Shown: piece by piece, positions 11,171-25,359 of the stretch
Layout: every line of letters begins with the position of its first letter
How positions within the stretch are numbered: the stretch's first letter is position 1
Assembly: GCA_964016885.1 (NCBI GenBank)
Contig: OZ024748.1
Location: 59,272,001 to 59,336,000 of the forward strand
Length of the DNA stretch: 64,000 nt
Direction: 5' to 3'
Source of the DNA: Eledone cirrhosa
Taxonomy: Eukaryota
Program-made: the position numbers and the translations under genes
The notes under the pieces: model-generated
The model's input: only the letters and a program-made list of their open reading frames with translations
Databases searched by the model: none
What the model was told of the DNA's origin: nothing

Positions 11171-12187
11171 TTCTTTAAAGGCTTCAACCTCTCTATACAG
11201 GTTGAGGCCAATCTCTCGGTCGTTAATTACCTCGACGTTACCCTCAATTTATTGAATGGCTTGCATTACCCGTATAGAAAGCCGAATGATACGCTTAATT
11301 ACATAAGTAAGCATTCCAACCATCCTGCCAGCATAACCAAGAACCTGGTAAAAAACGTTTCGTTGAGGCTTTCCCGTCTTTCCACCAACGAGCGCATTTT
11401 CAACGACCATTCCACTTATTACAATGAAGCTCTTGCTCGAAGTGGATTTGCCGATAAGGTAGCATATACAGAGTACGAGAATAGACCTAGAAGAAATAGA
11501 TCCCGTCGCATTTGCTGGTTTAACCCACCATATAATATGGAGTTGGCCACACCATTAGCTAAGATCTTTCTTTCCCTTATTACGAAGCATTTTCCCCCTA
11601 CACATAAATATAGTAACATTTTTAATAGAAACACTATTAAAATTTCTTACTCAACGACTCCTAATCTTGCACATAACATCACAGCTTCAAATTTAGCTAA
11701 AATACCCAGCCGTAGGAACACGTGCAACCCTGTAGTTAGTACTAACTGTAATTGTATGAATCGGGCTGATTGTCCCCTATCCGGGAAATGCCTCTCTAGC
11801 AACATTGTCTACAAATGTAAGGTTGTAACACCCACGTCCCGTAGGGCCGACATAGGGTTAACCGCCAATAGTTTCAAGCAGCGTCTTTACATGCATACTC
11901 ATTCTTTTCGTTACCCTCTAAGAAGGAATATGACGTCACTTTCAGCTTATATCTGGAGTCTAAAAGACAAACACACCCAATATAAGTTACACTGGGAGAT
12001 CCTAGCTAGGGCTAGATCGTATAACGGAAATAAAAGACCATGTGACCTCTGCGCCGCTGAGGCTCTGGAAATACTCTACGCCACAGACCACATCTTAAAC
12101 AAAAAATCGGAGGCAATTTCGGCTTGTAAACATAAATTGCACAAAACTTTCCTGTATTACAGCCCTACGTTATACCCTAACGGATAG
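11171..12187 (+). pseudogene. Penelope-like RT thumb and GIY-YIG endonuclease, N-terminally truncated
   Basis: VNYLDVTLNL..YPYRKPN..YI...SNHP, WFNPPY, CNC-x5-CP-x3-C linker, IVYKC..(Y to D)IGLT..FKQR..H, CDLC..E. Confidence 0.9.
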
Positions 12188-13119
12188 CACGATCTATACG
12201 TGGATATTTACGTCTTGATGTGGGAGCTAAGTATATGTTTTGTTTATTCCTTTACTTATTTGCATAGGTAAGTATACATTACCCGTATGTTTTGTGAAGG
12301 TATGTATACCTTCTCGTACGTATATTTGACTGTTTTGGCGTATAATTTTTACATATTCAGGTATTTAGGGCTTGGTTATGTGTATATGGGAGTTTTGCGT
12401 CTGCGTAAGTATGCAGGTTCGTACGTATGGTGGGTGTGTGTATATGTGTACTTCTTGTTTTAGTTGACTTACGTCTCCGAACCTTCATGTATTTATTTGT
12501 AGGTATGTGTGTGCGCTTGTTATATACGTATTTATTTACTTATATACGTTTATATAATTATTTATTTATTTGTACACAAGCATACACACATACACATATT
12601 TATATGTACGTGGTTTTGTATACCTATGGTAAGGTTTTGCGTATGCTTGTGTATGTACGTATCTGTTTGCGTGTATGTATTTATTTGTTCCTATTACTTC
12701 TGTATTGTATTTATTTACTTTGTTCTTAACTCTGTAGCGGAGATTCATTCGGTCTCCTAGTTTAGAATTTTAGTCTACGACTTCTGCTATACCATTTACG
12801 TGGTTTTGTCTTTGCACGCTATTGTTCTCCACGCTCCACATATGACTTATTATCTTCGTTTTTTCGTTCATTGCCAGAGAACCATGCACCACTATGCACC
12901 ACTTAGAGAACATTAGTCTACGACCTCTTTTATACCATAAACGTGGTTCTGTCTTTGCGCGTCATTGTTTTTCACCGCTCCTATTAATGACGTATTATTC
13001 GTTTTTTCCCGTTCTTTGCCAGCGAACGTTACCACGAACCAAAGTATCGTCTTCCTGTCTTCCTCCGGTTGCAACGTTTTTTGAAATATCCAGTTCTGCG
13101 TTTACAGATTGACTTTGTT

Positions 13120-13170
13120 AGTTTCAGAAGATCCCGTTAAGGGTGAAAGCAGCGATTCTTTGCTTGAACT
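13120..13170 (+). ncRNA. Variant hammerhead (CAGAAGA core), family G
   Basis: AGTTT-CAGAAGA-T-CCC-GTTAA-GGG-T-GAAA-GCA..TGC-TT-(A/G)AACT, with stem I extension ACAGATT/AATCTGT; copies at 47593-47643 (+) and about 46996-47046 (-). Confidence 0.6.
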
Positions 13171-13214
13171 TTAATCTGTTATTTTAATAAATATATATAT
13201 ATATATATATATAC

Positions 13215-13318
<104 letters not shown>

Positions 13319-13319
13319 T

Positions 13320-13392
<73 letters not shown>

Positions 13393-13597
13393 AATCAGGA
13401 AAGGAGAGTCTCTTCTTTCCCTATTTATTATTACTCCAAGTGTTTACAACATAGGAATTACAGCGTACTCGCAGCATCACTATGGAAACGCCTTGTTGAG
13501 TCAAACTTAGCCAAGCGTTGATATCATCCACTACCCGGAGTACCATAACTGGACTACACCTAAGTGGACTACCTATAACAATAATTTGTTACCCCGT

Positions 13598-13646
<49 letters not shown>

Positions 13647-13995
13647 CATACATATATATATATATATACTTAATACATTAACAGAGAAAGCTATTAGCGA
13701 TTCTCCGACCAACTTCCATATATATACGTATATATATATATACGTATATATACGAATATATTTATTAAAATAACAGATTAAAGTTTAAGCAAAGAATCGC
13801 TGCTTTCACCATTTATATATATATATATATATATATATACGTATATATATATGTATATATATGTATATACATACATACATATATATTATACATACATATA
13901 TATACATACACACATACACACATATATATATATATACATACATACACATACATACACACACACAGATACATACATACATACATACATACATACAT

Positions 13996-14092
<97 letters not shown>

Positions 14093-14214
14093 ACATTTGC
14101 AAGCAACTCCAACGCCCTAATTCGTTTACATTTGCTGCTGGTATCTGACCAGAGAACATATTAGAAATATGTCAACAAACGGTTTGTTAATGTTTGTCAT
14201 ATTGACATACCGTC

Positions 14215-14406
14215 ATAATTGTTTCTACTTTAGGCACAAGGCCAGCAATTAACCAGTGCATTACTGGTACTTTATTTTATCGACCCTGTAAGGATGAAAG
14301 GCAAAGTCAACCTCGGCGGGATTTGAACTCAGACCGTAAAAAAAACGTAACTATGCTGCAAAGCATGGCGTCCGACTCTCTACCGATACTGCCAATCCAC
14401 CGCCCT
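14215..14406 (-). mobile_element. tRNA-derived SINE, near full length
   Basis: Shared core, A and B boxes. Confidence 0.85.
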
Positions 14407-14597
14407 TATATTATATTAAGACATACCGCCATGTCTACGAGGGGGAATTGAAACAAGGGATGGCACGAAAAGTTAAGCATAAAATAGATGTGATTAAGAA
14501 AAGGAACGAAGCATGAGAAGTATGTTAATGTGAGAATATAACAAACAGCTGTCAATTTTATATGACAGTATCAGCAGTGGATTGACAGTATCAGTAT

Positions 14598-14770
14598 TGA
14601 CAGCATAGAGTTACGTACCCTTTACAGCCTGAGTTCAAATCCCGCCGAGGTTAATTTTGACTTTCATCCTTACGGGGTCGATAAAATATAGTACCAGTAA
14701 TGCACTGGGGTCGATTTAATCGACTCCCTCCCCCTCAAATTGCTGGCATTGTGCCTAAATTATATGACAT
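14598..14770 (+). mobile_element. tRNA-derived SINE
   Basis: Shared core, B box GAGTTCAAATCC. Confidence 0.8.
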
Positions 14771-15654
14771 TATTAACTCAAAACAAATGTTTTCACATGT
14801 TTTGTGTGTGTGTGTGTGTTCCGAGTTTACGGTCGGCGACACCATTGAAGCCTATTTTGTGTTTTACTCAGTTTTTACTGCTAATTTAAACCCTTTCTCT
14901 CTATCTATCTATCTATCTCTCCATCTTTCTATCTATCTCCCTTTCTCTCTGTACGATCTCTCTCTGTGCAATTTGAACACAGAGCACAGAAGAGTCGGAC
15001 GAAATACCTCAAGGCTGGTATTCTTGTTCAATGCAACAATGACTGCTAATTCACCAACTAAAACTCTACATTTATGTAGTGTTGTGTTCCCTTCCTGATT
15101 TTATGAAAGCAGGATGTAATTTGGGGATTTGGCGATTAGTGAGAAATTTGGCTACTTTTTCTAGCGGATGGAGTGTTCATGTGCGAGTGACCTTGATAGC
15201 TCGGGCCAAACAAGTATCGGTGGATATTGTCTGTCGTCAGAAGCTAATTCATCAAAAAACTGGGTCTAGGCGTGAGAATGGCTCAGCAGTGACTGTAAAT
15301 ATTCTTCAAAGTCGATATATAGTGAGAATAATACTTGCTAGCCGTCTTGTCACCATTAACTTGCCTTTTCTTGCCGTTTTTCATTCACCAGAAAACTCTC
15401 GTTCATTCTTCCTTTCTTCGGCGTCTTCTTCTTCTTATTTCAGCTTGTCTGTCTGTCTCACTATCTCTCACTTCCCCCACTCCATCTCCCTCTCTTCCCC
15501 CCTCTCTCTCTCTGTATATATATGTATATATATAATGTATAATAAACAATACAATATAATTACCTCATTACCAGAGGTTTCCAGAATAAGACGAATACGA
15601 AATAAGACGAATACGAAAAACGTCCTCATTCGTTCGTCGGACAAGGCAATTTAA

Positions 15655-15850
15655 AACATAGTCGAGATGATGGATCTCACTCTCATGCCCCAGAATCCCC
15701 TGTCCCCCATCGCTGCCCCCAGGTCCTGCCTGCTGATTCCCGTATCCCTAGAGATAACGTCAGGGAATGACAACTTCCTACTCCTAGTCAGGCTGGAGTC
15801 AGGGTTCCAGAGCAAGAGAGCGGATATGATTTCATTGCTTGGACACAAAA
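15655..15850 (-). mobile_element. RTE-type LINE 3' end fragment
   Basis: LLLWNP...SFPDVISRDTG...AMGDRGFW resembles the RTE ORF C-terminus. Confidence 0.65.
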
Positions 15851-15999
15851 TAGTCATATATATATACATATATATATGTTACACATCCATCCATACATCC
15901 ATACATACATCCATACATACATCCATACATACATCCATACATGCATACATACATACATACATACATACATACATACATACATACATACATACATACATA

Positions 16000-16585
16000 C
16001 ATGGTGGCTGCCAACTCGTTTTCGAGTACGGCCACTACTTTATATCCATGTAGGAGAACCCCTGCCGATGCGCTGAACGAGTGTGACTTTTTAGTCCAGC
16101 CAGCGACTTGAAAACTCTGGTACAAACACTACACTTGTGACAATTATTGACACATAGTGCTGGGCCCATGGTACCATGTGACGACAAGTGCAGAGAGATC
16201 TCCAGATATAAAGCAATGCCTGTGCCGTGAAGCTTTTATAGTGAGCAAAGGCTCTGTACAAAGCCAGTCCCACTCTCTTAACCAAGATGATATTTACCAA
16301 AAAGAACAAGTCAACATCATTGGATACCATCAGGGTTGCAGGTGTTATATCAGAGTTTTCCTTCTCCTAGAATTCTGCCTTGACAAAGGCTAAGGGGTCA
16401 TCTCTCCCGGTGATTTTGGATGGCCATTCACTCTTAAGAGCTCCTTTGCCCTTTGACAGGTTTTGTTTTTAGTCCTGCAGGATGTCCAAAGTCACCCTCC
16501 TCACCAAGAAACCTTGGTGGGGTTGCCAGTTTAGCCGCCAACGACCCGACCATGAAACAGGTTGTACTGGGATACATGTTACCAT
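16000..16585. mobile_element. Interspersed repeat, possibly LINE UTR-derived
   Basis: Unique-looking, higher-GC block bounded by microsatellites; no coding motif recognised. Confidence 0.3.
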
Positions 16586-16878
16586 AATATATATATATAT
16601 ATACATACATACATACATATATATATATATATGTATGTGTATATATATATATATATATGTATGTGTATATATATACATATATATATGTACATATATGCAT
16701 ATATACATACACATATATATACAAATATATATATATATACATACATATATATATACATACATATACATATATATACAAATATACATATATATACATATAT
16801 ACATAAATATATATATATATGTATATATGTATATAAATATGTATATATGTATAAATGTATATATATGTATCTCTCTCT

Positions 16879-16925
<47 letters not shown>

Positions 16926-17324
16926 TACACACGCCCACACACCCACACGTATGTAGATTGTAGACATATGCATATATGATCAATAAAATACATTAAGTTG
17001 TTGTTTTTCTTGTCTAGCAGCAAACTTATCATCAAAAGTGTTACTGTCTTATTAGCACTTAACATCCGGTTGAGATTTAGCAGGAAATATCTAAAAACGA
17101 GTTTGTTCATTCAAATGTTTATAGTATCTTTACTACTGTTCAGGTCATTGTGAAAATTTGGTGTTTTAAAGTAAAGGCTTTCATTTTTAATGTGATGCAG
17201 TTTTGTTTTGTATTTTTAAAGAATCTCTTCATAATGTGGTTTGTTAATTCAAACGTTTAAAGTATCTATACTACTGTTCAGATCATTGTGAAAATTTGTT
17301 GTATTAGAGTAAAGACTTCCATTT

Positions 17325-17392
<68 letters not shown>

Positions 17393-17404
17393 CTTTTTTT
17401 TTTT

Positions 17405-17625
17405 AGGAACGATCGACTTTCGTCAAATCGGACCGAGGAAACAATGTTTCCGTTGGTCTTTCCAATTGCTAATACTACCTACCGGTCGCAACTCCGGGTA
17501 GAAGGAGCAACGTGAAATAAAGTGTCTTGCTCAAGGACATAACGCATCGCCTGGTCGAGGAATCGAACTCACAACCTCACGATTGCGAATCCAATTCTCT
17601 AACCACTCAGCCACGCGCCTTCACA
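17405..17625 (-). mobile_element. tRNA-derived CORE-like SINE, full length
   Basis: Head GTGAAGGCGCGTGGCTGAGTGG, B box GAGTTCGATTCC, central TCCTTGAGCAAGACACT. Confidence 0.85.
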
Positions 17626-17914
17626 CACACATATAATGGTTTTAACAACAACTTTTTGCAATACTCAAAACCAGTGAAAATATGTCACTGAAAAACAATA
17701 CCACAGTTAAAGAAAAAGTAGAGACAAAAAATGTCAGCTCTAATATTCATAAGAAATCTTTTAGAAATGTCTAGTTTAATTTGAGGTTTTTGTCATTGTT
17801 TTATTTACAATATTGAACAAAACAGGAATGTTCACATAAGTGCATTTCTATTATGTGTGTGTTTTGTGAGTGTATGTGTGTCTGTATATAAATATATATA
17901 TATACACATATATG

Positions 17915-18164
17915 CAAAAGTTCTATTTAAATTGTTGGGATACAACAAGCAAATATTTTTATAACTGATATAAAGCACTCGACAAGTATTTGGAGTAAAT
18001 ATACGATATTAACAAATGGAAACTATGTTAAAATTTATTTATAAAACTGGTATATATTGTATTTTGTCTGATGAAAGCACACCATAATTTAACATGGTAT
18101 CCTTGAAATATGTATAATAAAATAGATATGGTTTTATAAATATAGTTTCCATTTGTTAATATCG

Positions 18165-18168
<4 letters not shown>
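17915..18168. mobile_element. Penelope-type terminal fragment, family F, with inversion; hammerhead at 18060-18125 (+)
   Basis: TTTTGT-CTGATGA-stem II-GAAA-TATGTA-TA-ATAAAA; inverted arms ATACGATATTAACAAATGGAAACTAT. Confidence 0.75.
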
Positions 18169-18203
<35 letters not shown>

Positions 18204-19204
18204 GTGTGGATGTGTGGATGTATGTATGTATATGTATATATGTGTATTATATATATATTTATATATATGTATATATATGTATATATATATTATATAATAT
18301 ATATATAAAATTAGAATTTTATATATAAAATGCACGTATGCATATATGTATACATATGTATAAATACATGCATGAATGAATGCATACTTAGTTTCATATA
18401 CATATATATACACATACATACATGCATATATACATACGTATATAAACACATACATACACATACATACATACATACATACATACATACATACATACATACA
18501 TACATACATACATACACACACATACGTACATACATACATACATACATACATACATACATACATACATACATACACACACATACGTACATACATACATACA
18601 TACATACACACACATACGTACATACATACATACATACATAGACACACATACGTACGTACATACATACACACATACACACACATACGTACGTACATACATA
18701 CACACATACACACACATACACGAAATAAACATCAAGATATATTGTATATTGAGTTAAAAAGGGACAGGAGTAGGTATCCATCAATGGGTTGATCCACTTC
18801 TATTACCTTGAGGAGAGATGGGAGGGAAGAGAGAGGAGAGGGAGGAGGAGGAAATAACGGTGACTGTAACAACCGTCACTGACGACATAGTAGTATTAAT
18901 ACAAGTGCTACATGCTACCTGTACAATAGTCACCTGCTTACTGTCAACACATATTGGATGCATGCATATATACATATATATACATATATATGTGTGTGTG
19001 TATATATATATATATATGTGTGTATGTATGTATATATATATATATATATATGTATATGTGTGTGTGTGTGTGATTGTGTGTGTATATGTATATGTGTATG
19101 TAAATGTGTGTGTGTGTGTTTGTGTATATATAGAGAGAGAGAAAGCGGGGGAAGGAGAGAGGGGGGAGAGAAAAGAAAAAAAGAAAGATAGATAGAAAGA
19201 AAGA

Positions 19205-19375
19205 AGTAATGACTTCTACAGGACTAGAACTGTTTCATTCGTACGAAATCATCATGAATTCCTGGTGATTCCATACGTAGTCATTTCTATATATAATAAA
19301 GATACCTACACTCTACCAACGTATTGAGTACCTTTTTTAACTGTGGTTACCCCCGACACAACTCGGAAACATGCC
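19205..19375. mobile_element. Family A hammerhead-bearing fragment with inversion
   Basis: Degenerate core on the minus strand at 19212-19254, 3' end on the plus strand. Confidence 0.55.
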
Positions 19376-19380
19376 TATAC

Positions 19381-19429
<49 letters not shown>

Positions 19430-19452
19430 CATACATACATATATACATACAT

Positions 19453-20437
19453 GTGGAATGTTGCGCAACTGTACATTCCTGCAAGATTCATCGCCATTTT
19501 CAAGGCCCTGTATGAAAACTCCAGCTGCTGCGTGTGGACTGAGTCCGGTGTGACGGAGTTGTTTGACATTGTCTCCGGAGTCAGACAGGGTTGCATTGTC
19601 TCTCCACTGTTGTTCCTGCTGGCAACCGATTTCGTACTAAGGCGAATGGGTGAAGGACCCGGTCGAGGAATCCCATGGAGAGGGCAGTCGAGGCCTAGGG
19701 ACCTGGCATTCCCCGACGACATCGCTTTGATCGCTGAAAACAGTGCAGATCTGCAGGCCATAACAACATCCCTACAAGAGAGTGCGGAAAAGATCGGCCT
19801 GAGAATCAACACCAAAAAGACCAAGGTCATGAGAACGGCCAGCAACACAGGTCCAGTGATCAGAGTCAACCAACAGGACCTCGAGGAAGTCGATCACTTC
19901 ACCTATCTGGACAGCATCCTGACAAGCAGCGGCGACGCGGAGCTCGACATCAACTGTCGGATCGGCAAAGGAGCCGATGTTTTCCAGCGGCTGTGCCCAG
20001 TCTGGTCGTCTTCATGCATTATCACCAAGACCAAGCTCCGCCTGTACAAGAACACAGTGCTGCCGACAGTGCTTTATGCGAGTGAGACCTGGAAGAGTAT
20101 GGCAAAAATAGAGAGACGGCTAAACGCTTTCCACCAGCGGTGCCTGCGAAAGATCCTTCGTGTGTCCTGGCGCGACCGAGTGCGAAACGAGGAGAACCGA
20201 GTTGTGGACGCTACAGAGAGTGGTCACGGAGCGTCGGTGCCGTCTGGTTGGCCATATTCTGCGTCTGCCAAATGAACGGCATTCGAAAACAGCGATGAAC
20301 TGGACTCCGCCTGGCGGTAAACGTAGGCGGGGTTGCCCAAGAATCACCTGGCACGGTCTCGAAAAAGTTGTGGCTGATCGTGACTATTGGTGAGTACTTA
20401 CTGCTCGATGCGCCGAACGGTGCGGAAGAATCTAAGA

Positions 20438-20440
<3 letters not shown>
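19453..20440 (+). mobile_element. 5'-truncated RTE-clade LINE
   Basis: SGVRQGCIVSPLLF, LAFPDDIAL, GLRINTKKTKVM, FTYL.S, LYASETW, FHQRCLRKIL; frameshifted C-terminus; short CTAAG-like tail. Confidence 0.92.
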
Positions 20441-21106
<666 letters not shown>

Positions 21107-21667
21107 ATATATATAGTTATAGTTATTGTTGAATCATTACAAGACGAACACAGAAATGAAAAACATAAGATAGAGGTGTATATATATATATATATATATA
21201 CAAAATTAAAATTAAGGGTAGTCAAGTCTGAGAGACATGCGCCATATCCACCGTAGAATAAGCTCAATGATTAGATCCGAGCATTACATATCAACTAGAA
21301 ATAGATTGACATATATATATATAAAATAAATACATGAAACAATGACAGGGAATAATTTGTAAAGAATGTAGGCACACATAGCTAACTAATTAAATTTTGA
21401 CTAGAACTTCAAATATAGATATCTTTTAAAATGATTAATCTCCATATGTGTGTGTGTGTGTATGTGTGTGTTTAAAAACAATAACAAAAAGTAACAAAAA
21501 AAAAAACGGCACAGTACATGGAAGAAATATATAAGTTTAACGCTTGAAATAGCAGGAAGAAAGTATATAAGGTATATACTATATATAGTTATATGTGTAT
21601 ATAGTTATAAAATATATATGTCTATGTATAAATGTGTGTGTAATAAATAGATAGATTTCTTTATTAA

Positions 21668-21855
21668 TAATTGTTTCTACTTTTGGTACAAGGCCAGCAA
21701 TTAGCCAGTACATTACTGGTACTTTATTTTATCGACCCCGCAAGGATGAAAGGCAAAGCTAACCTCGGCGGGATATGAACTCAGAATGGCAAGACCGTAA
21801 CTCTATGCGTCAAACCATGGCGACCGACCCTCTACCGATACTGCCAATCCACCGA
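21668..21855 (-). mobile_element. tRNA-derived SINE
   Basis: Shared core and boxes. Confidence 0.85.
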
Positions 21856-21858
21856 TAC

Positions 21859-21916
<58 letters not shown>

Positions 21917-21966
21917 GAATCGATATATGTTATATAATAATATCTGTAGGTGTGTGCAAAATTGTC

Positions 21967-22312
21967 TACGGGGATCGGCTGAAAAGTTCATAGACTGACT
22001 ATGAAGGAGGAATGCTAGAGCTGTGAAATCTTACATGCATTAATTTCAACTCTTCTTATTAATAACTACATTGCTTCTTTGTAAGGACTATGTTGAAAAA
22101 TAAACCTCATTTGGTCATTCCATGAGAGTATCTTGGGGAACGTATGAAAGAGTGATGCTAGGGATGTGAAATCTTACAAGCATTAATTTCAACTTTTTTT
22201 ATTAATAACACCATTGCTTCTTTGTAGAGACTATGTTAAAAAATAAACCTCATTTGGTCATTCCATGAGAGTATCTTGGTCAGCCTCTAAACTTTTCTGT
22301 CGGCCATCCTAT
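21967..22312. mobile_element. Mariner-type MITE with internal 142 bp duplication
   Basis: TIR TACGGGGATCGGCTGAAAAGTTCATAGACTGAC / GTCAGCCTCTAAACTTTTCTGTCGGCCATCCTA. Confidence 0.7.
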
Positions 22313-22415
22313 ATTCTATAGGTCTTAATAGAAGAGGTTTGTATATGAATGACTCAGTTCAGAAGAGAAATGCCAGCATCTTTGACCATTGCGTTGGATA
22401 ACATGACAGATGGTT

Positions 22416-22730
22416 GGTTGGGATCAACAGTGAAAGTTAACTTTTGGCTAAAGTCAGCATGTTCGTAGCAAAATAAATATCATTTTATGACATCCAGTAA
22501 CAAGCTATTCTTGGTATATCATATGGTATATCATATGGTATATCATATGGTATATCATGGTATATTCGTGGTATATCATGTGACGGTTGGGATCAACGGT
22601 GAAAGTTAACTTTTGGTTAAAGTCAGCATGTTCGTAGCAAAATAAATATCATTTTATAACATCCAGTAACAAGCTATTCGTGGTATATCATATGGTATAT
22701 CATCGTATATTCGTGGTATATCATGTGACG
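22416..22730. repeat. About 168 bp tandem duplication with (TGGTATATCATA)n subrepeats
   Basis: Direct reading. Confidence 0.85.
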
Positions 22731-22858
22731 GACAATACCATTACCCACACCAGCACACACTGACTCCCACTCACATCGAACAACAACTAATTGAAAGGTG
22801 GACACCATTCATATTTGTGTTTGTGCTTACGTATAAATATGTATGTGTACCCTTTCTT

Positions 22859-22913
<55 letters not shown>

Positions 22914-23093
22914 AGAGAAAGAGAGAGAGAGTGAGAGAGAGAAAGAGAGAAGCGAGAGAATCTGCAGTGCTGAGACTGAGGTGACCCCTAATCACTGACC
23001 TGTCTTCTCATTCCCTACAAACATTACTACACCCACGGAAAGGCTTACTGAACACAAAAATTGAAACCACTTGGCGCCACGGTCTGGATTTTA

Positions 23094-23158
<65 letters not shown>

Positions 23159-23177
23159 ATATATATATATATATATA

Positions 23178-23530
23178 TATATTAAAATACAAATATTAAT
23201 AAAATAGATGTTCTTTTGATCAATTAAATTTTATTATACATATTTCAGAGGTACAACAGTACGTCCTCATCAGACAAATTATAATGATACACATACCGTG
23301 AGATGTTAAATGGTTAAGATTTAATCATGTATCATTATATTTTGTCTGATGAGGACGTACTCTTGTACCTCTGAAATATGTATAATAAAATTTGATTCAT
23401 CAAAAGAACATCCATTTTATTAATATTTGTATTTTAATATTAATAACTCTGGAAAATTATTTTTTTTCTGTAGAGTGCTTCCAATCTACTGTAAAACTCA
23501 TTTTTTTATGTACTCATTGAATGTTGTTTA
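23178..23530. mobile_element. Fold-back of family E; hammerheads at 23228-23280 (-) and 23339-23392 (+)
   Basis: ATTTTGT-CTGATGA-GGACGTAC-TCTT-GTACCTCT-GAAA-TATGTA-TA-ATAAAAT; about 100 bp arms. Confidence 0.85.
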
Positions 23531-23564
23531 ACTCTTTAATATATCTCTTTAATATATATATATA

Positions 23565-24174
23565 TCAGCTATAAAAACTATCTCTTTCTCTCTATCACCC
23601 ATCTCTCCCTCTCCCCTTCACTCTCATCTCCTCCCCCTTTTTTCATCCCCCCCCCCTCCCTAAATAAAATATTTTTTCCTCGTACATATCTTTCCCTTCG
23701 CTAATTTTCAAATTCTTTTAATTTATACATTATCTTCCAACGGTTTTCAACCTCTCTATGTAAAACAATATATCTTCTCTCAGTTATAAAAACTATCTCT
23801 TTCTCTCTATCACCCATCTCTCCCTCTCATCTCCTTCCCTTTTACATCCTCCCCCCCCCCCCCCCCCTCTCTAAATAAAATATTTTTCCCAATATCACAC
23901 ATCAATCTAAAACCACTTTTCATATGTTGATTTAAAACTGCACTATCCACAAGTGTTTTTTAGCCTTCATATCATGTCTTCCTGTTTTATCTGATGAAAA
24001 CACAAATATTATTGCATGATGATGTTTGTTTTTGAAATGCGCATAATAAAATACATGGAACTCCTTTAACCATCTTTTGATCTTATATTATGTATACTCC
24101 AGTCCTACAAACTGTAGAGTGCTTCTTATCCGATATCTGCATTGCTTTATTGTACTACAATAAAACTCACCTCC

Positions 24175-24176
<2 letters not shown>
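23565..24176 (+). mobile_element. Family C element 3' region; hammerhead at 23984-24052
   Basis: Homologous to 45958-46806; TTTTAT-CTGATGA..GAAA-TGCGCA-TA-ATAAAA. Confidence 0.8.
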
Positions 24177-24213
<37 letters not shown>

Positions 24214-24349
24214 GCAAACAACAAATCAAACAGCACAGTACAAGGAAGAAATATATTAGTGTAATGCTCGATATAGTACAAAACGTATATTTACGTTTCG
24301 GATACTAGTCTTTCGTATTTGTGTGTGTGTGAGGGGCGTGGGGGTACAC

Positions 24350-25180
24350 ATGTATGTGTGTTTGTATTTATATATACATATGTTTATGTGAGTGTGTGTG
24401 TGTATGTATGTATGTATGGATGCATGTTTATATATATGTGTGTGTGTATGTATGTATGTATGCATGCATGTATATGTATGTATGTATGCATGTTTATATA
24501 TATGTGTGTATGTATGTATGCATGTATGTATGCATATGTATGTATGTATGCATGTTTATATATATATGTGTGTATGTGTGTATGTATGCATGTATGTATG
24601 CAAGTATGCATGCATGTATATGAATGTATGTATGCATGTTTATATATATTTGCATGTATGTATCTATGCATGTATGTATGTTTATATATATATATATATT
24701 GTATGTATGTATGCATGTATGTATGTTTATATATATATGTATGTATCTATGCATGTATGTATGTTTATATATGTATGTATGTATGTTTGTTTATATATAT
24801 ATATATGTATGTATGTATGTTTATATATATATATATATGTATGTATGTATGTATGTTTATATATATATGTATGTATGTATGTATGCATGTATGTATGTTT
24901 ATGTATGTATGTATGTATGTATGTATGTATGTATGTATGTTTATATATATATGTATGTATCTATGCATGTATGTATGTTTATATATATATGTATGTATGT
25001 ATGTATGTTTATATATATATATATGTATGTATGTATGTATGTTTATATATATATGTATGTATGTATGTATGCATGTATGTTTATGTATGTATGTATGTAT
25101 GTATGTATGTATGTATGTATGTATGTATGTATGTATGTATGCATGTATGTATCTTTATATATATGTATGTATGCATGTAT
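24350..25180. repeat. (TATG/TA)n compound microsatellite
   Basis: Direct reading. Confidence 0.95.
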
Positions 25181-25359
25181 TTTTTCTCGTGCAATGGCCA
25201 TACTCGATAACGAGGGGGCAGCCATCATGTATGTATGCATGTATGTACAGGCACCCGGCCGACACCAAAGAACGGGAAATCTCCGTATCCCAGTCTTCTC
25301 CAAATTTATTTTGTCCATCGCTTGTCCCATGCATTAAATACTGTGGTGAGGTGTAGAGT

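Larger units (their letters stand above)
11171..13192 (+). mobile_element. 5'-truncated Penelope-like retroelement (Naiad-like)
   Basis: RT C-terminus and GIY-YIG ORF, long 3' region with a 140 bp internal duplication, hammerhead-like motif at 13120-13170, ends in (TA)n. Confidence 0.88.

Noticed and set aside
25190-25355. Higher-GC island inside microsatellites
   Set aside because: Possibly a LINE fragment, but no diagnostic motif was recognised
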